Made by a program: the position numbers and the translations under genes
Shown here: positions 35,107 through 44,882 of the stretch, in pieces
Layout of the letters: every line of letters starts with the position of its first letter
Position numbering within the stretch: the first letter of the stretch is position 1
Assembly: GCA_030650275.1 (NCBI GenBank)
Contig: JAUSEK010000023.1
Coordinates: 107,581-171,580 of the forward strand
Length of the DNA: 64,000 nt
Reading direction: 5' to 3'
Origin: Candidatus Omnitrophota bacterium
Lineage (GTDB): Bacteria; Omnitrophota; Gorgyraeia; Zapsychrales; Fredricksoniimonadaceae
Notes under the pieces: generated by a model
Seen by the model: the letters and a program-made list of their open reading frames with translations, nothing else
Database searches by the model: none
What the model was told of the DNA's origin: nothing

Positions 35107-38097
35107 ATGAACCCCTTGTTCCGCCAGATCATTTGCTCTATTTTGACCGTTACGTTTGCGTTAACAGCGGTCCCGCCTCTGCACGCCCAAGAGATTTACC
35201 TGCCCCAACCCGGCGTCCGCATTGGCCTAAGCCCCCAATTCAACCCCGCCGTCCTCAAAGGCCTCAAGGTCCATCCCGACAATCCGTTTCGGTTTGATTT
35301 CATATTGGATACCGGTGACGTAGAGACGCAGCATGCTGCGTCTCTACAAAACGAATCAATGAAATTGATCAAATATTTCCTCGCCTCTTTAACCATCCCC
35401 GAACAAGACCTCTGGGTCAACCTGTCTCCTTATGAGAAGGATAGAATTGTTCCTCAATCCTTTGGTCAAACCGAGATGGGACGTGACCTATTAGCCCAGG
35501 ATTATCTGCTCAAGCAGATCACCGCATCACTAATCTACCCAGAGGATGAATTCGGCAAGATCTTCTGGAAGAGGGTCTATGAAGAAGCCAACAAGAGATT
35601 TGGAACAACCAACATCCCGGTCAATACCTTCAACAAGGTCTGGATCGTGCCAGAGAAGGCCGTAGTCTATGAGAACGCGCAAGCAGGCACGGCGTATGTG
35701 GTAGAAAGCCGATTGAAGGTGATGTTGGAAGAGGATTATCTTGCCTTGGCCAACAACCAACCGCCTACCAGGGGACATGTTCCGCAGAACGTGTCCCCAA
35801 GCACCCTGCCAACCTATCAACCATTGAATCCGAAAGCATCCCAGGGAAATCCCCTTAACGCCTCACCAGAGATTAACGCATTAGGTTCTCAAATAGTCAG
35901 AGAGATTGTCATTCCCGCATTAACCAAAGAAATCAACGAAAACAAGAACTTTGCCCAACTAAGACAGGTCTACAACTCCCTTATCTTGGCCACCTGGTAC
36001 AAGAAGAAGATCAAGGACAGCATTCTCTCTCAAGTGTATGCAGATAAGAATAAGATTTCAGGCCTAACGCCAACCAGGGGACATGTTGCTGGCACCGCTA
36101 GTGCCAGTAACGTGTCCCCAAGCACGTTGCCAACCAACCCAGCATTGAATGCGAAAGCACCCCAGGGAAACCCGCCCAACGATGTCGAAGCCATCTACCA
36201 GCAATACCTCACCGCCTTCAAGAAAGGGGTCTACAACTACATCAAAGAAGAGCAGGACCCTGTGACCCGACAGATGATTCCAAGGAAGTATTTTTCGGGT
36301 GGCGTGAAATTCGGTGATGTGGCGATGGTGACTACAAAGGATGCGGCCATGCTTCCGCAGGTGGCTTCCGATCACTCCGCTATTGTTCAGACAAATTTAA
36401 ATCCAGCTGGCCGGGCGATGGCGGCTATACAGGATTGGGAAAGAGTGCGTGCTCGGGCAAAAATTTCTTTCTTCGTCAAAACATTTTTTATTATGGGAGG
36501 GACGGTTATCGGTGCAAGTGCGTTTAAGCATTACAGTCAGAACGTATACGCGGTTCTCGCAATGGGGATGTTGTACGGCTTCACAACCTTCCGTTTTGTT
36601 ATGGACGACTACTTAATAGGAAAAAGTGAACGTGCTGGGGACTATATTACGATTTCAAGGCAACCGAAGGAAAGGGACTCTTTGGGTATTCATGTCGTCC
36701 TAAATTTAAAGGGGCTGGCCGGACAACAGGAGAACGCATATACACTTATCGCGGAAGATGTGGTTAAGGTTGTTTATGAGCTTGTTGCGAACTGGAAACA
36801 AGAGGGTGGGCTTAAAGAAGTAAAATATATTACAGGAGATTCCCCGTTGCTTGTTCAGGAGAGGAGGGGTATGGGAGCAAGGTTTATGCCTAGCATAAAG
36901 CGTCTGCTCAATAAGATCGGCGTGGGGGATGAGGATATTGAAGTGCACAAACGTCAAAGAACAGATAAAAGGCAGTTTATGTTGTGGAAGATATTGTATC
37001 CGCGTGTATGGATGATAAATAATAAAACATATAGTGGCAGATTCAGGATGAATGTTTCCACGCCCGAGGCTCAGCAGGCCTTGCTTGAAAAATTGAGACC
37101 TGTTTATGATGCGTTGAACGGCGTTGATCCTAATGATCCGGAAAAGATGGCCAAGAAAAGGCGAATTTTGTTCGGCGGGAGTTTGGCGCGGGATGAAGAA
37201 GCCCAAGTGGACGATGCCACAGCCTCCGTGCAGGCCGGGCCGGACGCGGCGATGTCAAGGTCACAACAGTCAGAAAATATTAAAAGCATTGCTGATTGGA
37301 TTGATGCTCTCAAGAAAGACAATTATGTTTTGTTCCACCAAACAATGGATGATTCAGCTGAAAGAATATTACAGAGTTATTTTAAAACCAGCCCTCAAAT
37401 TAATGGGATTGCCGCAGTATATACTCGAGAAATTTTGATGGGAAATCTTCAATGGATGTCTATGTCTGCGGGAGAATTTCAGAGACGTCGTTTGGAACAG
37501 GACGGTCCCCTCGGACAAATTCACAAAGGTGCAAATGCGATAGTTGTTCTTGTTTTTCCAAAAAAAGAATTCGGAGGCGTAGATCGTTTTATCCGACTTT
37601 TCGAAGTCTTTGAGATGATTGATGAAAAAATAGGCGGCGATTGGCTTCAAGAAACAGGAGGTATGGGTGTCCCCAATAAATATGTAGCTGGATATATCCA
37701 TCCCACTGATCAATCCATTGATGTGTATATAAATCCAAATAGCGTTGTTAAACCTTTATCTGATGAGCATTGGGGATTGTTAGGCGTTGGAAATGAAAAT
37801 TTGATTGTTTTAAGGGATCAGGCGATAAAAAGTGTTATGAGCAAACAATCCGGCCCTGGAGGTATTGACTTTAAATCCGACAAGGTGGACAGCGCTTTTG
37901 AAATAAAAAGAGAGCCGGAACAAATGGGGACACGTAACGAGTACATGTCCCCATTTGTCGACCCGGTCATGCTGGAGCAATTACAAAACGCCCCGGGGTT
38001 CGTGCCGGTGATCATCAACATCCAGCCCATGACGGATTTGCGGATGTTTTTGGGGCTTCAAGAAAATAAGCCGGAAAAAGAGGAGGCTGTGTTATAA
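35107..38097 (+). CDS. Large secreted protein (996 aa), paralog A: conserved N-terminal domain + variable middle + C-terminal GGIDFKSDKVDSAF...PGFVPVIIN module
   Basis: It has a Sec signal peptide (…ALTAVPPLHAQE). It is a paralog of the 55409..60343 product and contains an internal tandem repeat. Confidence 0.7.
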   Translation: MNPLFRQIICSILTVTFALTAVPPLHAQEIYLPQPGVRIGLSPQFNPAVLKGLKVHPDNPFRFDFILDTGDVETQHAASLQNESMKLIKYFLASLTIPEQDLWVNLSPYEKDRIVPQSFGQTEMGRDLLAQDYLLKQITASLIYPEDEFGKIFWKRVYEEANKRFGTTNIPVNTFNKVWIVPEKAVVYENAQAGTAYVVESRLKVMLEEDYLALANNQPPTRGHVPQNVSPSTLPTYQPLNPKASQGNPLNASPEINALGSQIVREIVIPALTKEINENKNFAQLRQVYNSLILATWYKKKIKDSILSQVYADKNKISGLTPTRGHVAGTASASNVSPSTLPTNPALNAKAPQGNPPNDVEAIYQQYLTAFKKGVYNYIKEEQDPVTRQMIPRKYFSGGVKFGDVAMVTTKDAAMLPQVASDHSAIVQTNLNPAGRAMAAIQDWERVRARAKISFFVKTFFIMGGTVIGASAFKHYSQNVYAVLAMGMLYGFTTFRFVMDDYLIGKSERAGDYITISRQPKERDSLGIHVVLNLKGLAGQQENAYTLIAEDVVKVVYELVANWKQEGGLKEVKYITGDSPLLVQERRGMGARFMPSIKRLLNKIGVGDEDIEVHKRQRTDKRQFMLWKILYPRVWMINNKTYSGRFRMNVSTPEAQQALLEKLRPVYDALNGVDPNDPEKMAKKRRILFGGSLARDEEAQVDDATASVQAGPDAAMSRSQQSENIKSIADWIDALKKDNYVLFHQTMDDSAERILQSYFKTSPQINGIAAVYTREILMGNLQWMSMSAGEFQRRRLEQDGPLGQIHKGANAIVVLVFPKKEFGGVDRFIRLFEVFEMIDEKIGGDWLQETGGMGVPNKYVAGYIHPTDQSIDVYINPNSVVKPLSDEHWGLLGVGNENLIVLRDQAIKSVMSKQSGPGGIDFKSDKVDSAFEIKREPEQMGTRNEYMSPFVDPVMLEQLQNAPGFVPVIINIQPMTDLRMFLGLQENKPEKEEAVL

Positions 38098-38098
38098 T
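38090..38098 (+). promoter_or_regulatory. Extended -10 promoter (TGtTATAAT) 8 nt upstream of the nucleotidyltransferase ATG
   Basis: Read directly from the sequence. It predicts a near-leaderless transcript. Confidence 0.35.
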
Positions 38099-38106
38099 TC
38101 TTAAAT

Positions 38107-38652
38107 ATGGATTTCGAGGCGGTTTTTAAAATAATCCTGGGACAATTTGGCAAATATAACGTCCGTTTCGCGATCATAGGGGGTTTTGCCCTGCACGCGG
38201 CGGGTTTTACCAGGGCCACCAAAGACATTGATTTCCTGCTGCATCATGAAGACAAGGCGAAAGTCAAGGCAGTCCTTGCCTCTTTGGGGTATGAAGCCAT
38301 TCATGAAAGCGAGGACGCCGCGAATTTCTTGAATCGATTGTCCGAGTTGGGACAGATCGATTTTATCATAGCCCGTCGTAAATATGCGTTGGCGATGCTC
38401 GAACGCGCCAAGCCGTATGAGATCATTAAAGGGCATACGGTCAATGTCATTGTGCCGGAAGACATTATTGGTTTGAAGATCCAGGCCTTGCACAATGATC
38501 CCGCGCGGTATGCGCAGGACATGGCGGACATTCAATGGCTGATCAAAAATCACCGGGAACAGCTGAATGTGGGACTTTTACGGGAGTATTTTGATCTATT
38601 CAACTGTGCTGATCAATTGGAAAGAATTTTAAACGAGACCGACCATGCTTAG
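38107..38652 (+). CDS. Polβ-superfamily nucleotidyltransferase (AbiEii- / ANT(2'')-like minimal NTase)
   Basis: It has the GG-x9-R.T.DIDFL motif (FAIIGGFALHAAGFTRATKDIDFLL) and is 181 aa. Confidence 0.5.
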   Translation: MDFEAVFKIILGQFGKYNVRFAIIGGFALHAAGFTRATKDIDFLLHHEDKAKVKAVLASLGYEAIHESEDAANFLNRLSELGQIDFIIARRKYALAMLERAKPYEIIKGHTVNVIVPEDIIGLKIQALHNDPARYAQDMADIQWLIKNHREQLNVGLLREYFDLFNCADQLERILNETDHA

Positions 38653-38848
38653 CGACGAAGAAAAAAGAGAAATGCTGGAAGACGCCCGAAGCGAGTCCCG
38701 CCGCAAGGCATTTGCCCGGGCGAGAACACAGGTCTTCAGTCAGCCGATGACCTGGGAACAGTATTTTCGTTTTTTGCGCGGCGTTGTGAATCTTTTTCCT
38801 CAAAAAGAGTCCTTTAAAAAGATCGAGGGAAGTGCGTTTAAGCTCTAA
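38645..38848 (+). CDS. Small 67-aa protein overlapping the NTase gene by 8 nt (putative partner protein)
   Basis: The two ORFs overlap and appear translationally coupled. I recognise no family for it. Confidence 0.3.
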   Translation: MLSDEEKREMLEDARSESRRKAFARARTQVFSQPMTWEQYFRFLRGVVNLFPQKESFKKIEGSAFKL

Positions 38849-38867
38849 ATCAGCGTATCTATTCGCT

Positions 38868-38895
38868 TTACATTTAAAAACCGTCTCGTTATAAT
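38868..38895 (+). promoter_or_regulatory. Promoter TTACAT-16-TATAAT with -10 ending 9 nt before the hisG ATG
   Basis: Read directly from the sequence. The predicted leader is very short. Confidence 0.45.
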
Positions 38896-38904
38896 ACGCT
38901 CCTT

Positions 38905-39780
38905 ATGAAAAAGTTAAAATTAGGTCTCCCCAAAGGCAGTTTGCAGGACGCCACCGTCGCGCTGTTCGCCAAAGCCGGCTTTAAGGTGACGGTGTCCACG
39001 CGCTCCTATTTCCCCCGCATCGACGATGCCGAGATCGAGCCCGTGCTGTTGCGCGCCCAGGAAATGTCCCGCTACGTCGAGGATGAGACGCTGGATTGCG
39101 GCATCACCGGCAATGACTGGATCTTGGAGAACAACTCCGATGTGACGCGCCTTTCCGAACTTCTCTACGCCAAACAGACCACCAATAAGGTGCGCTGGGT
39201 CTTGGCCGTGCCCGAGGACTCAAAGATCAAGACTATCAAAGATCTGGAAGGTAAAAAGATCGCCACGGAAGTGGTCAATGTCACCAAACAGTATCTGGCC
39301 AAACATAAGGTCAAGGCCGACGTGGAATTTTCCTGGGGCGCCACCGAAGCCAAGGTGGCCACGGGCCTGGTGGATGCCATTGTGGAGTTGACCGAGACCG
39401 GCTCGTCGCTGCGCGCCAATAAACTGCGCATTGTTGACACCCTTTGCGAGTCCACGACCCAGTTCATTGCGAATAAAAAAGCCGCCCAGGACCCCTGGAA
39501 GAAAAAGAAAATGGAGCAGGTCATCATGCTTTTGCAGGGGGCCCTGGCCGCCAATAATATGGTGGGCCTGAAGATGAATTTGCGCAAAAAGGACCTCGAC
39601 AAGGTATTGAAGATCCTGACCTCTTTGCGCAACCCTACGATCTCACATCTGGCCGCGGACAACTGGCTGGCTTTGGAAACAGTGATCGACGAGGGGACCG
39701 TGCGTTCCATTATTCCCCAGCTCAAAGAAGTGGGCGCTGAGGGCATCATCGAGTATTCTTTGAATAAGCTGATCTACTAA
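38905..39780 (+). CDS. hisG: ATP phosphoribosyltransferase (long form)
   Basis: 291 aa with the conserved HisG N-terminus ([10 protein letters not shown]) and C-terminal regulatory domain. Confidence 0.9.
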   Translation: MKKLKLGLPKGSLQDATVALFAKAGFKVTVSTRSYFPRIDDAEIEPVLLRAQEMSRYVEDETLDCGITGNDWILENNSDVTRLSELLYAKQTTNKVRWVLAVPEDSKIKTIKDLEGKKIATEVVNVTKQYLAKHKVKADVEFSWGATEAKVATGLVDAIVELTETGSSLRANKLRIVDTLCESTTQFIANKKAAQDPWKKKKMEQVIMLLQGALAANNMVGLKMNLRKKDLDKVLKILTSLRNPTISHLAADNWLALETVIDEGTVRSIIPQLKEVGAEGIIEYSLNKLIY

Positions 39781-39792
39781 AAAAGGAAAAGT

Positions 39793-39894
39793 ATGCCTTG
39801 CGGAAGAAAAAGAAAACGCATCAAGATCCGCACGCACAAGCGCAAGAAATTGCGTAAGTCGCTGCGTCATTTGAAAAAGCGCGCCACCCGTTAA
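39793..39894 (+). CDS. 33-aa highly basic protein, possibly ribosomal protein bS22-like
   Basis: The product is MPCGRKRKRIKIRTHKRKKLRKSLRHLKKRATR. A Shine-Dalgarno AAGGAAAAG precedes it. Its length and its KRKR..KHRK.L.R pattern resemble mycobacterial/Bacteroidetes bS22. Confidence 0.3.
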   Translation: MPCGRKRKRIKIRTHKRKKLRKSLRHLKKRATR

Positions 39895-39916
39895 GGCGAA
39901 GCGGGGGGAGGTCCGT

Positions 39917-40924
39917 ATGAAACGCTTATGCACGCGTTGGGCGGTTGTTTTGGCTGTCCTGATGCTGGGTTATTTCAGCGCGGGGAAATTTGTTTTCTCC
40001 GCTGCCGGCCCCGTCGTTGACGCCCGTTCCAAGGCGCTGGCCCATTACATCATGGGCATTTCCAATGACCTCAACGGCATGGCCGCCGAGTCCGTTAAAG
40101 AGTACGAAAAAAGCGTTGCTCTCAACGGCCAGGAGCCCTTGCCCCATCTGCGCCTGGCCGCCTATTACGCGCGCCTTGGCCTTCTGGACAAGGCCGTGGC
40201 CCAGCTGAAAACCGTTGTCCGCCTCGACCCCAAAGAGCCCCAGGCCCATTATCTTTTGGCCATGGTGTATTCCTCACAGAACAAGTTTGACCTTGCCGCA
40301 ACCGAATACGAACTGATCCTCAAATCAGCGTCAGCGGACAATCCCGAAAATACCGAGATCTACCTGTATCTGGCCCAACTGTATTCTTCCGAGCGCAAAT
40401 TTGACGAAGCCATTGCCCAGTTCAATAAGATCTTGGAAGTCCAGCCGGACAATGCTTCCGTTTGCTATCTTTTGGGGTCCATCTATGCGGAAACCGGCGA
40501 CAGGGCCAAGGCCAAAGACGCGTTCAAGAAAGTGCTGGCCCTTCAGCCTGATCACGACGGAGCATTGAATTCGCTGGGGTATATTTATGCCGAAGATGGC
40601 GTGAATCTCGACGATGCTTTAAAGATGGCGCGCCGGGCCGTGGATCTTGATCCTTCCAACGGCGCTTATTATGATACGCTCGGCTGGGTGCTGTACAAAA
40701 AAGGGATGAATGCCCAGGCGCTCATGGCTTTGCAAAAAGCAGAGGCCTATATCCAGGACCCGGTGCTTTATGATCACATGGGCGATGTGTATAAAGCCGT
40801 GAAGGAATTCACCCTGGCCCGCAAATTTTGGCACAGATCTCTGGACATGAAACCCGGCCAGGCGGAGGTTTCCCGCAAACTCGGAGAACTCGAGAAAGTC
40901 CACGCCTTTAACGGAACTCCCTAG
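39917..40924 (+). CDS. Secreted tetratricopeptide-repeat protein
   Basis: It has a signal peptide and about 8 TPR units. Confidence 0.7.
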   Translation: MKRLCTRWAVVLAVLMLGYFSAGKFVFSAAGPVVDARSKALAHYIMGISNDLNGMAAESVKEYEKSVALNGQEPLPHLRLAAYYARLGLLDKAVAQLKTVVRLDPKEPQAHYLLAMVYSSQNKFDLAATEYELILKSASADNPENTEIYLYLAQLYSSERKFDEAIAQFNKILEVQPDNASVCYLLGSIYAETGDRAKAKDAFKKVLALQPDHDGALNSLGYIYAEDGVNLDDALKMARRAVDLDPSNGAYYDTLGWVLYKKGMNAQALMALQKAEAYIQDPVLYDHMGDVYKAVKEFTLARKFWHRSLDMKPGQAEVSRKLGELEKVHAFNGTP

Positions 40925-41796
40925 TGCCTTCCATCACGCTTTTTGCACCTGCAAAATTGAATCTTGTTCTGGACGTTTTGGGCAAACGCCCCGACGGTTT
41001 CCATGAACTGCGCACGGTGTTCGAGCGCGTCGGCCTGTGCGATACCATCACATTGACGGCCAATCCCCATGGTCCTATCCGCGTGATTTGCGGCCACCCC
41101 CACGTTCCCAAAGGCCCCAGAAATCTGGCCTTCCGGGCCGCCCGGCAAATACAGCAGGAATATGGCGTCCGCCAGGGGGTGGACATCCGGATCGTCAAGC
41201 GCATTCCCGTGGCCGCGGGCTTGGCCGGCGGGTCCAGCGATGCCGCGGCTGTTTTGATGGGGGTAAACCGTTTGTGGCGGTTGGGTTTAAGTCAAAAAGA
41301 TTTGGTCCGGCACGCCGCCCGCCTGGGCAGCGACGTGGCTTTTTTTATCTACGATACGCCCTTTGCCTTGGGCACGGGGCGGGGGGAGAAGATCAGGCCT
41401 TTAAAATTGGGGGTTAAATTGTGGCATGTGCTTGTCACGCCTAAGGTTAAAATGTATACCAAGGATGTTTTCGCCTGCCTCGCCCGGAAGGCCAAGAGTT
41501 TAAAGTTGACAAAAAAAAAGGATAATGTTAATATTTGTCTTCCTTATTTAAGGAAGAACGATTTTCAGGGCCTTGGGACGGCTTTGTCCAACGACCTTGA
41601 GCTTTCCATTTTGTCTTTAAAGCCGGATCTGATCCGCTTAAAAAAGAAATTGTCCGACGCCGGGGCTGCCGGTGTCTGTTTCTCTGGCAGCGGTCCGTCT
41701 GTTTTCGCCCTGGCGTCCGGCCGGGCGCAGGCCGAGTCGATCAAAGACGGGTTCGATAAGCGTTTCACGCAGGTTTTCGTCGTACCGACGCTGTGA
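40924..41796 (+). CDS. ispE: 4-diphosphocytidyl-2-C-methyl-D-erythritol kinase
   Basis: It has the GHMP kinase motif PVAAGLAGGSSDAAAV and the IspE N-terminus APAKLNL.L.V. Confidence 0.85.
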   Translation: MPSITLFAPAKLNLVLDVLGKRPDGFHELRTVFERVGLCDTITLTANPHGPIRVICGHPHVPKGPRNLAFRAARQIQQEYGVRQGVDIRIVKRIPVAAGLAGGSSDAAAVLMGVNRLWRLGLSQKDLVRHAARLGSDVAFFIYDTPFALGTGRGEKIRPLKLGVKLWHVLVTPKVKMYTKDVFACLARKAKSLKLTKKKDNVNICLPYLRKNDFQGLGTALSNDLELSILSLKPDLIRLKKKLSDAGAAGVCFSGSGPSVFALASGRAQAESIKDGFDKRFTQVFVVPTL

Positions 41797-41824
41797 TCGG
41801 GCGCGCCGGTTGTCAAGGATCGAC

Positions 41825-41898
41825 TGCCCGGTGGTGTAATGGTAGCACCCGAGAATTTGGATCTCGTTGTCCAGGTTCGAATCCTGGCTGGGCAACCA
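41825..41898 (+). tRNA. tRNA-Gln (anticodon UUG), CCA encoded
   Basis: I folded the cloverleaf by hand. The acceptor stem TGCCCGG pairs with CTGGGCA, the D-arm is GTGT..GCAC and the T-arm is CCAGG-TTCGAAT-CCTGG. The anticodon stem CGAGA pairs with TCTCG, the anticodon loop is ATTTGGA, and the gene ends in ACCA. Confidence 0.85.
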
Positions 41899-41911
41899 CG
41901 TTTGCATATTT

Positions 41912-43150
41912 ATGACTGACGTTCGCGCGATCATTTTAGCCGCCGGAAAAGGGACCCGGATGAAGTCCGAGATCCCCAAGGTTTTGCATCCCGTTGCCGG
42001 CCGTCCGGTCATCGCTTACGTTCTGGACATTGTCCGTTCTTTGAAAACTTTTGTTGTCGTCGGGCACGGGGCCCAAAATGTCCGGGCCGCTTTAGGGGAC
42101 GGACTGACCTATGTTGCGCAGGATCGGCTTTTGGGAACGGCGGATGCCCTGCGCCGCGTGGCGCCGCTCTTGAAAGGGTTTCGCGGGCACGTGCTTGTCT
42201 TGTGCGGGGACACGCCGCTTTTGGAAAAACAGACGGTGCAGCGTTTGCTGGCCCAACACCGTCGCAGTCGGGCCGATGCCACGGTCCTGACCGCCCATAT
42301 CCATGATCCGCGCGGATATGGTCGCATCCTCCGCGATGCCGGCGGCCGTATTAGTGCTATCCGTGAACAAAAAGACGCCAGCCCCCGGGAAGCGCGGATC
42401 ACAGAGATCAACGTCGGGGCATATTGTTTTCAGGCGCAAAAGATTTTTGATGTGTTGAGGCGGGTCAAATGGAATGCCCGCAAAAAAGAATTTTATCTGA
42501 CGGACGTCATCGAGGTTTTATTAGCGCGGGGCGGCCGCGTGGGAACGGTCCTGGCCGGGGATGCTTCATTGGCCTTCGGGATCAACACGCGCGTGGACCT
42601 GGCCCGGGCCGAAAGGGTCATCCGGATGCGCATTTTGAGCAAACTGATGCTGGGGGGCGTGACCATCGTGGATCCGGCAACCACCTATGTGGAAACCGGT
42701 GTCAAGATCGGACGGGACACGGTGATCTATCCGTGCACCGTCATTGACCGGGATGTCGTCGTCGGGAAGAATTGCCGCGTGGGACCTTTTGCCCATTTGC
42801 GGCCCGGCACGCGCGTGGGTGACCACGTTGAGATCGGTAATTTCACGGAAGTGTCGCGCAGCCGTGTGGGCAAAAACGTGTTCATAAAACATTTTTCTTT
42901 TTTGGGTGATGCGGTCCTGGGGGCCAATGTCAATATCGGTGCTGGAACGGTGACGGCGAATTTTGACGGCAGGACCAAGAACAGGACAACAATATCCGAT
43001 GGTGCCTTTATCGGCTCGGGCGCTGTTTTGGTGGCGCCGGTCAGCGTCGGCAAGAAAGCCGTTGTGGGCGCCGGTTCGGTCGTGACAAAGGGTAAGAATA
43101 TTCCGGCCGGGGCTGTGGCGTTCGGTGTCCCGGCCAAGATCGTACGGTAG
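41912..43150 (+). CDS. glmU: Bifunctional UDP-GlcNAc pyrophosphorylase / GlcN-1-P N-acetyltransferase
   Basis: It has the N-terminal NTP-transferase motif ILAAGKGTRM and a C-terminal hexapeptide-repeat domain. Confidence 0.9.
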   Translation: MTDVRAIILAAGKGTRMKSEIPKVLHPVAGRPVIAYVLDIVRSLKTFVVVGHGAQNVRAALGDGLTYVAQDRLLGTADALRRVAPLLKGFRGHVLVLCGDTPLLEKQTVQRLLAQHRRSRADATVLTAHIHDPRGYGRILRDAGGRISAIREQKDASPREARITEINVGAYCFQAQKIFDVLRRVKWNARKKEFYLTDVIEVLLARGGRVGTVLAGDASLAFGINTRVDLARAERVIRMRILSKLMLGGVTIVDPATTYVETGVKIGRDTVIYPCTVIDRDVVVGKNCRVGPFAHLRPGTRVGDHVEIGNFTEVSRSRVGKNVFIKHFSFLGDAVLGANVNIGAGTVTANFDGRTKNRTTISDGAFIGSGAVLVAPVSVGKKAVVGAGSVVTKGKNIPAGAVAFGVPAKIVR

Positions 43151-43185
43151 GGGTACGGCATGCCGTGCCCGTATAGAGGAGATGT

Positions 43186-44142
43186 ATGGCTCAATTAGCG
43201 GTGTTAGGCGGTAATGCCAATCCGGCATTGACGGCGGAGATCTGCGGGATCTTGAAGATCACGCAAACGAAGGTGCTGGTGGACCGTTTCTCCGAGGGCG
43301 AGATCCGCGTGCAGATCAAGGAGAACATCCGCGGCAGGGACGTTTTTATCGTCCAGCCGACATGCCAGCCGGTCAACGACAATATCATGGAATTGCTGAT
43401 CCTCATCGACGCGGCCCGCAGGGCTTCCGCCGACAGGATCACCGCGGTGCTGCCGTATTACGGTTACGCCCGCCAGGACCGCAAGGACCAGCCGCGCGTG
43501 CCGATCACGGCAAAGCTGGTGGCGAACATCATTGTCGCGGCCGGCGCCAACCGCGTGCTGACCATGGACCTGCATGCCAGCCAGCTGCAGGGATTCTTTG
43601 ATATTCCCGTCGACCATTTGTATGCCATTGACGTTCTTTCCAATTATTTCAAGGACAAAAATTTGTACGGACCGGACATTGTTGTTGTTTCTCCCGATGT
43701 TGGGGGCTTAAAAATGGCCCGGGCCTACGCGAAACGCCTGCACGCGGGTCTGGCCATCGTGGACAAGCGCCGCATGAGCCCGGATAAGACCGAAGTCATG
43801 CACATCCTCGGTGAGGTGAGCGGCAAGAACGTGGTCCTGGTCGATGATATTCTGGCCACGGCCAGCTCGATCATTGAAGGGGTGACGGCATTGAAGGCCA
43901 ACGGGGCCAAATCCATTTACGCGGCGGTCAGTCATGGCGTGTTGTCCGGCCCGGCGAAACAGCGCATCCGCGACTGCCAGGACTTGAAGGAAGTGGTCAT
44001 TACCAATACGATCCCCCTGGCGGACGCGGGGAGCAATCCCAAGATCAAACAGCTTTCCGTAGCGCCCTTATTGGCGGAAGCCATCGCGCGCACCCATAAC
44101 GGGGAATCTATCAGCAGTTTATTTGAAGAGATCCGTAACTAG
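43186..44142 (+). CDS. prs: Ribose-phosphate pyrophosphokinase
   Basis: It has the PRPP synthetase motifs, including the DLHA and PRPP-binding loops. Confidence 0.95.
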   Translation: MAQLAVLGGNANPALTAEICGILKITQTKVLVDRFSEGEIRVQIKENIRGRDVFIVQPTCQPVNDNIMELLILIDAARRASADRITAVLPYYGYARQDRKDQPRVPITAKLVANIIVAAGANRVLTMDLHASQLQGFFDIPVDHLYAIDVLSNYFKDKNLYGPDIVVVSPDVGGLKMARAYAKRLHAGLAIVDKRRMSPDKTEVMHILGEVSGKNVVLVDDILATASSIIEGVTALKANGAKSIYAAVSHGVLSGPAKQRIRDCQDLKEVVITNTIPLADAGSNPKIKQLSVAPLLAEAIARTHNGESISSLFEEIRN

Positions 44143-44160
44143 AAAAGGCAGGGTCATCCC

Positions 44161-44877
44161 ATGGAAGAAATTCAATTCGACGTCCAATTAAGAAAAGAAG
44201 CGGGATCAGCCAATGCCCGCCGCGTCCGCCGCGCGGAGCTTATCCCGGCGGTGGTTTATGGGGGCGGTTTGAAACCCACCATGATCCAGGCCGACCGCAA
44301 GGCCTATAACCGCATCCATCGCCAGCATATGGGGGAGAGCCTCATCTATCACCTCAATGTGGCCGAAGGCGACAAGAAGGTCGCGGATTTTCCGGCCATC
44401 ATCAAAGATATTCAGAGGCACCCCGTCAGTGAAGAGGTCATCCACATCGATTTTAACCGCATTTCCCTGGACAAAGAGATCGAGGTCAATATCAAGGTCA
44501 TCACCAAGGGCGAAGCCATCGGCATCAAGCGCGACGGCGGCACCCTGGACCACACCTTATGGGAACTGGACGTCATCTGTTTACCGACCAATATCCCGCA
44601 TCATTTTGAAGTGGACATCACGAATTTGGGCATTCACGACGCCATTCACGTGCGCGATGTGGTCCTGCCGGCGGGCGTGCGCACCAAACATGACCTTGAC
44701 GCGGTGGTCGTGTCGGTGGTCGGTTCCACCAAGGAAACGGTGGCCGCGCCCACGGAAGAAGAGGCCGCCGCTACAGAGCCCGAGGTTTTGAAAGAAAAGA
44801 AGAAGGAAGAAGGCGAAGAGCCGGCCGCTGCCAAGAAGGAAGACAAAGAGAAAGAAAAAGACAAAGAGAAGAAGTGA
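44161..44877 (+). CDS. rplY: Ribosomal protein bL25 / general stress protein Ctc with E/K-rich C-terminal tail
   Basis: It has an L25 N-terminal β-barrel and a Ctc-type C-domain. The last ~40 aa are low complexity (KEKKKEEGEE...EKEKDKEKK). Confidence 0.85.
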   Translation: MEEIQFDVQLRKEAGSANARRVRRAELIPAVVYGGGLKPTMIQADRKAYNRIHRQHMGESLIYHLNVAEGDKKVADFPAIIKDIQRHPVSEEVIHIDFNRISLDKEIEVNIKVITKGEAIGIKRDGGTLDHTLWELDVICLPTNIPHHFEVDITNLGIHDAIHVRDVVLPAGVRTKHDLDAVVVSVVGSTKETVAAPTEEEAAATEPEVLKEKKKEEGEEPAAAKKEDKEKEKDKEKK

Positions 44878-44882
44878 TCTAA

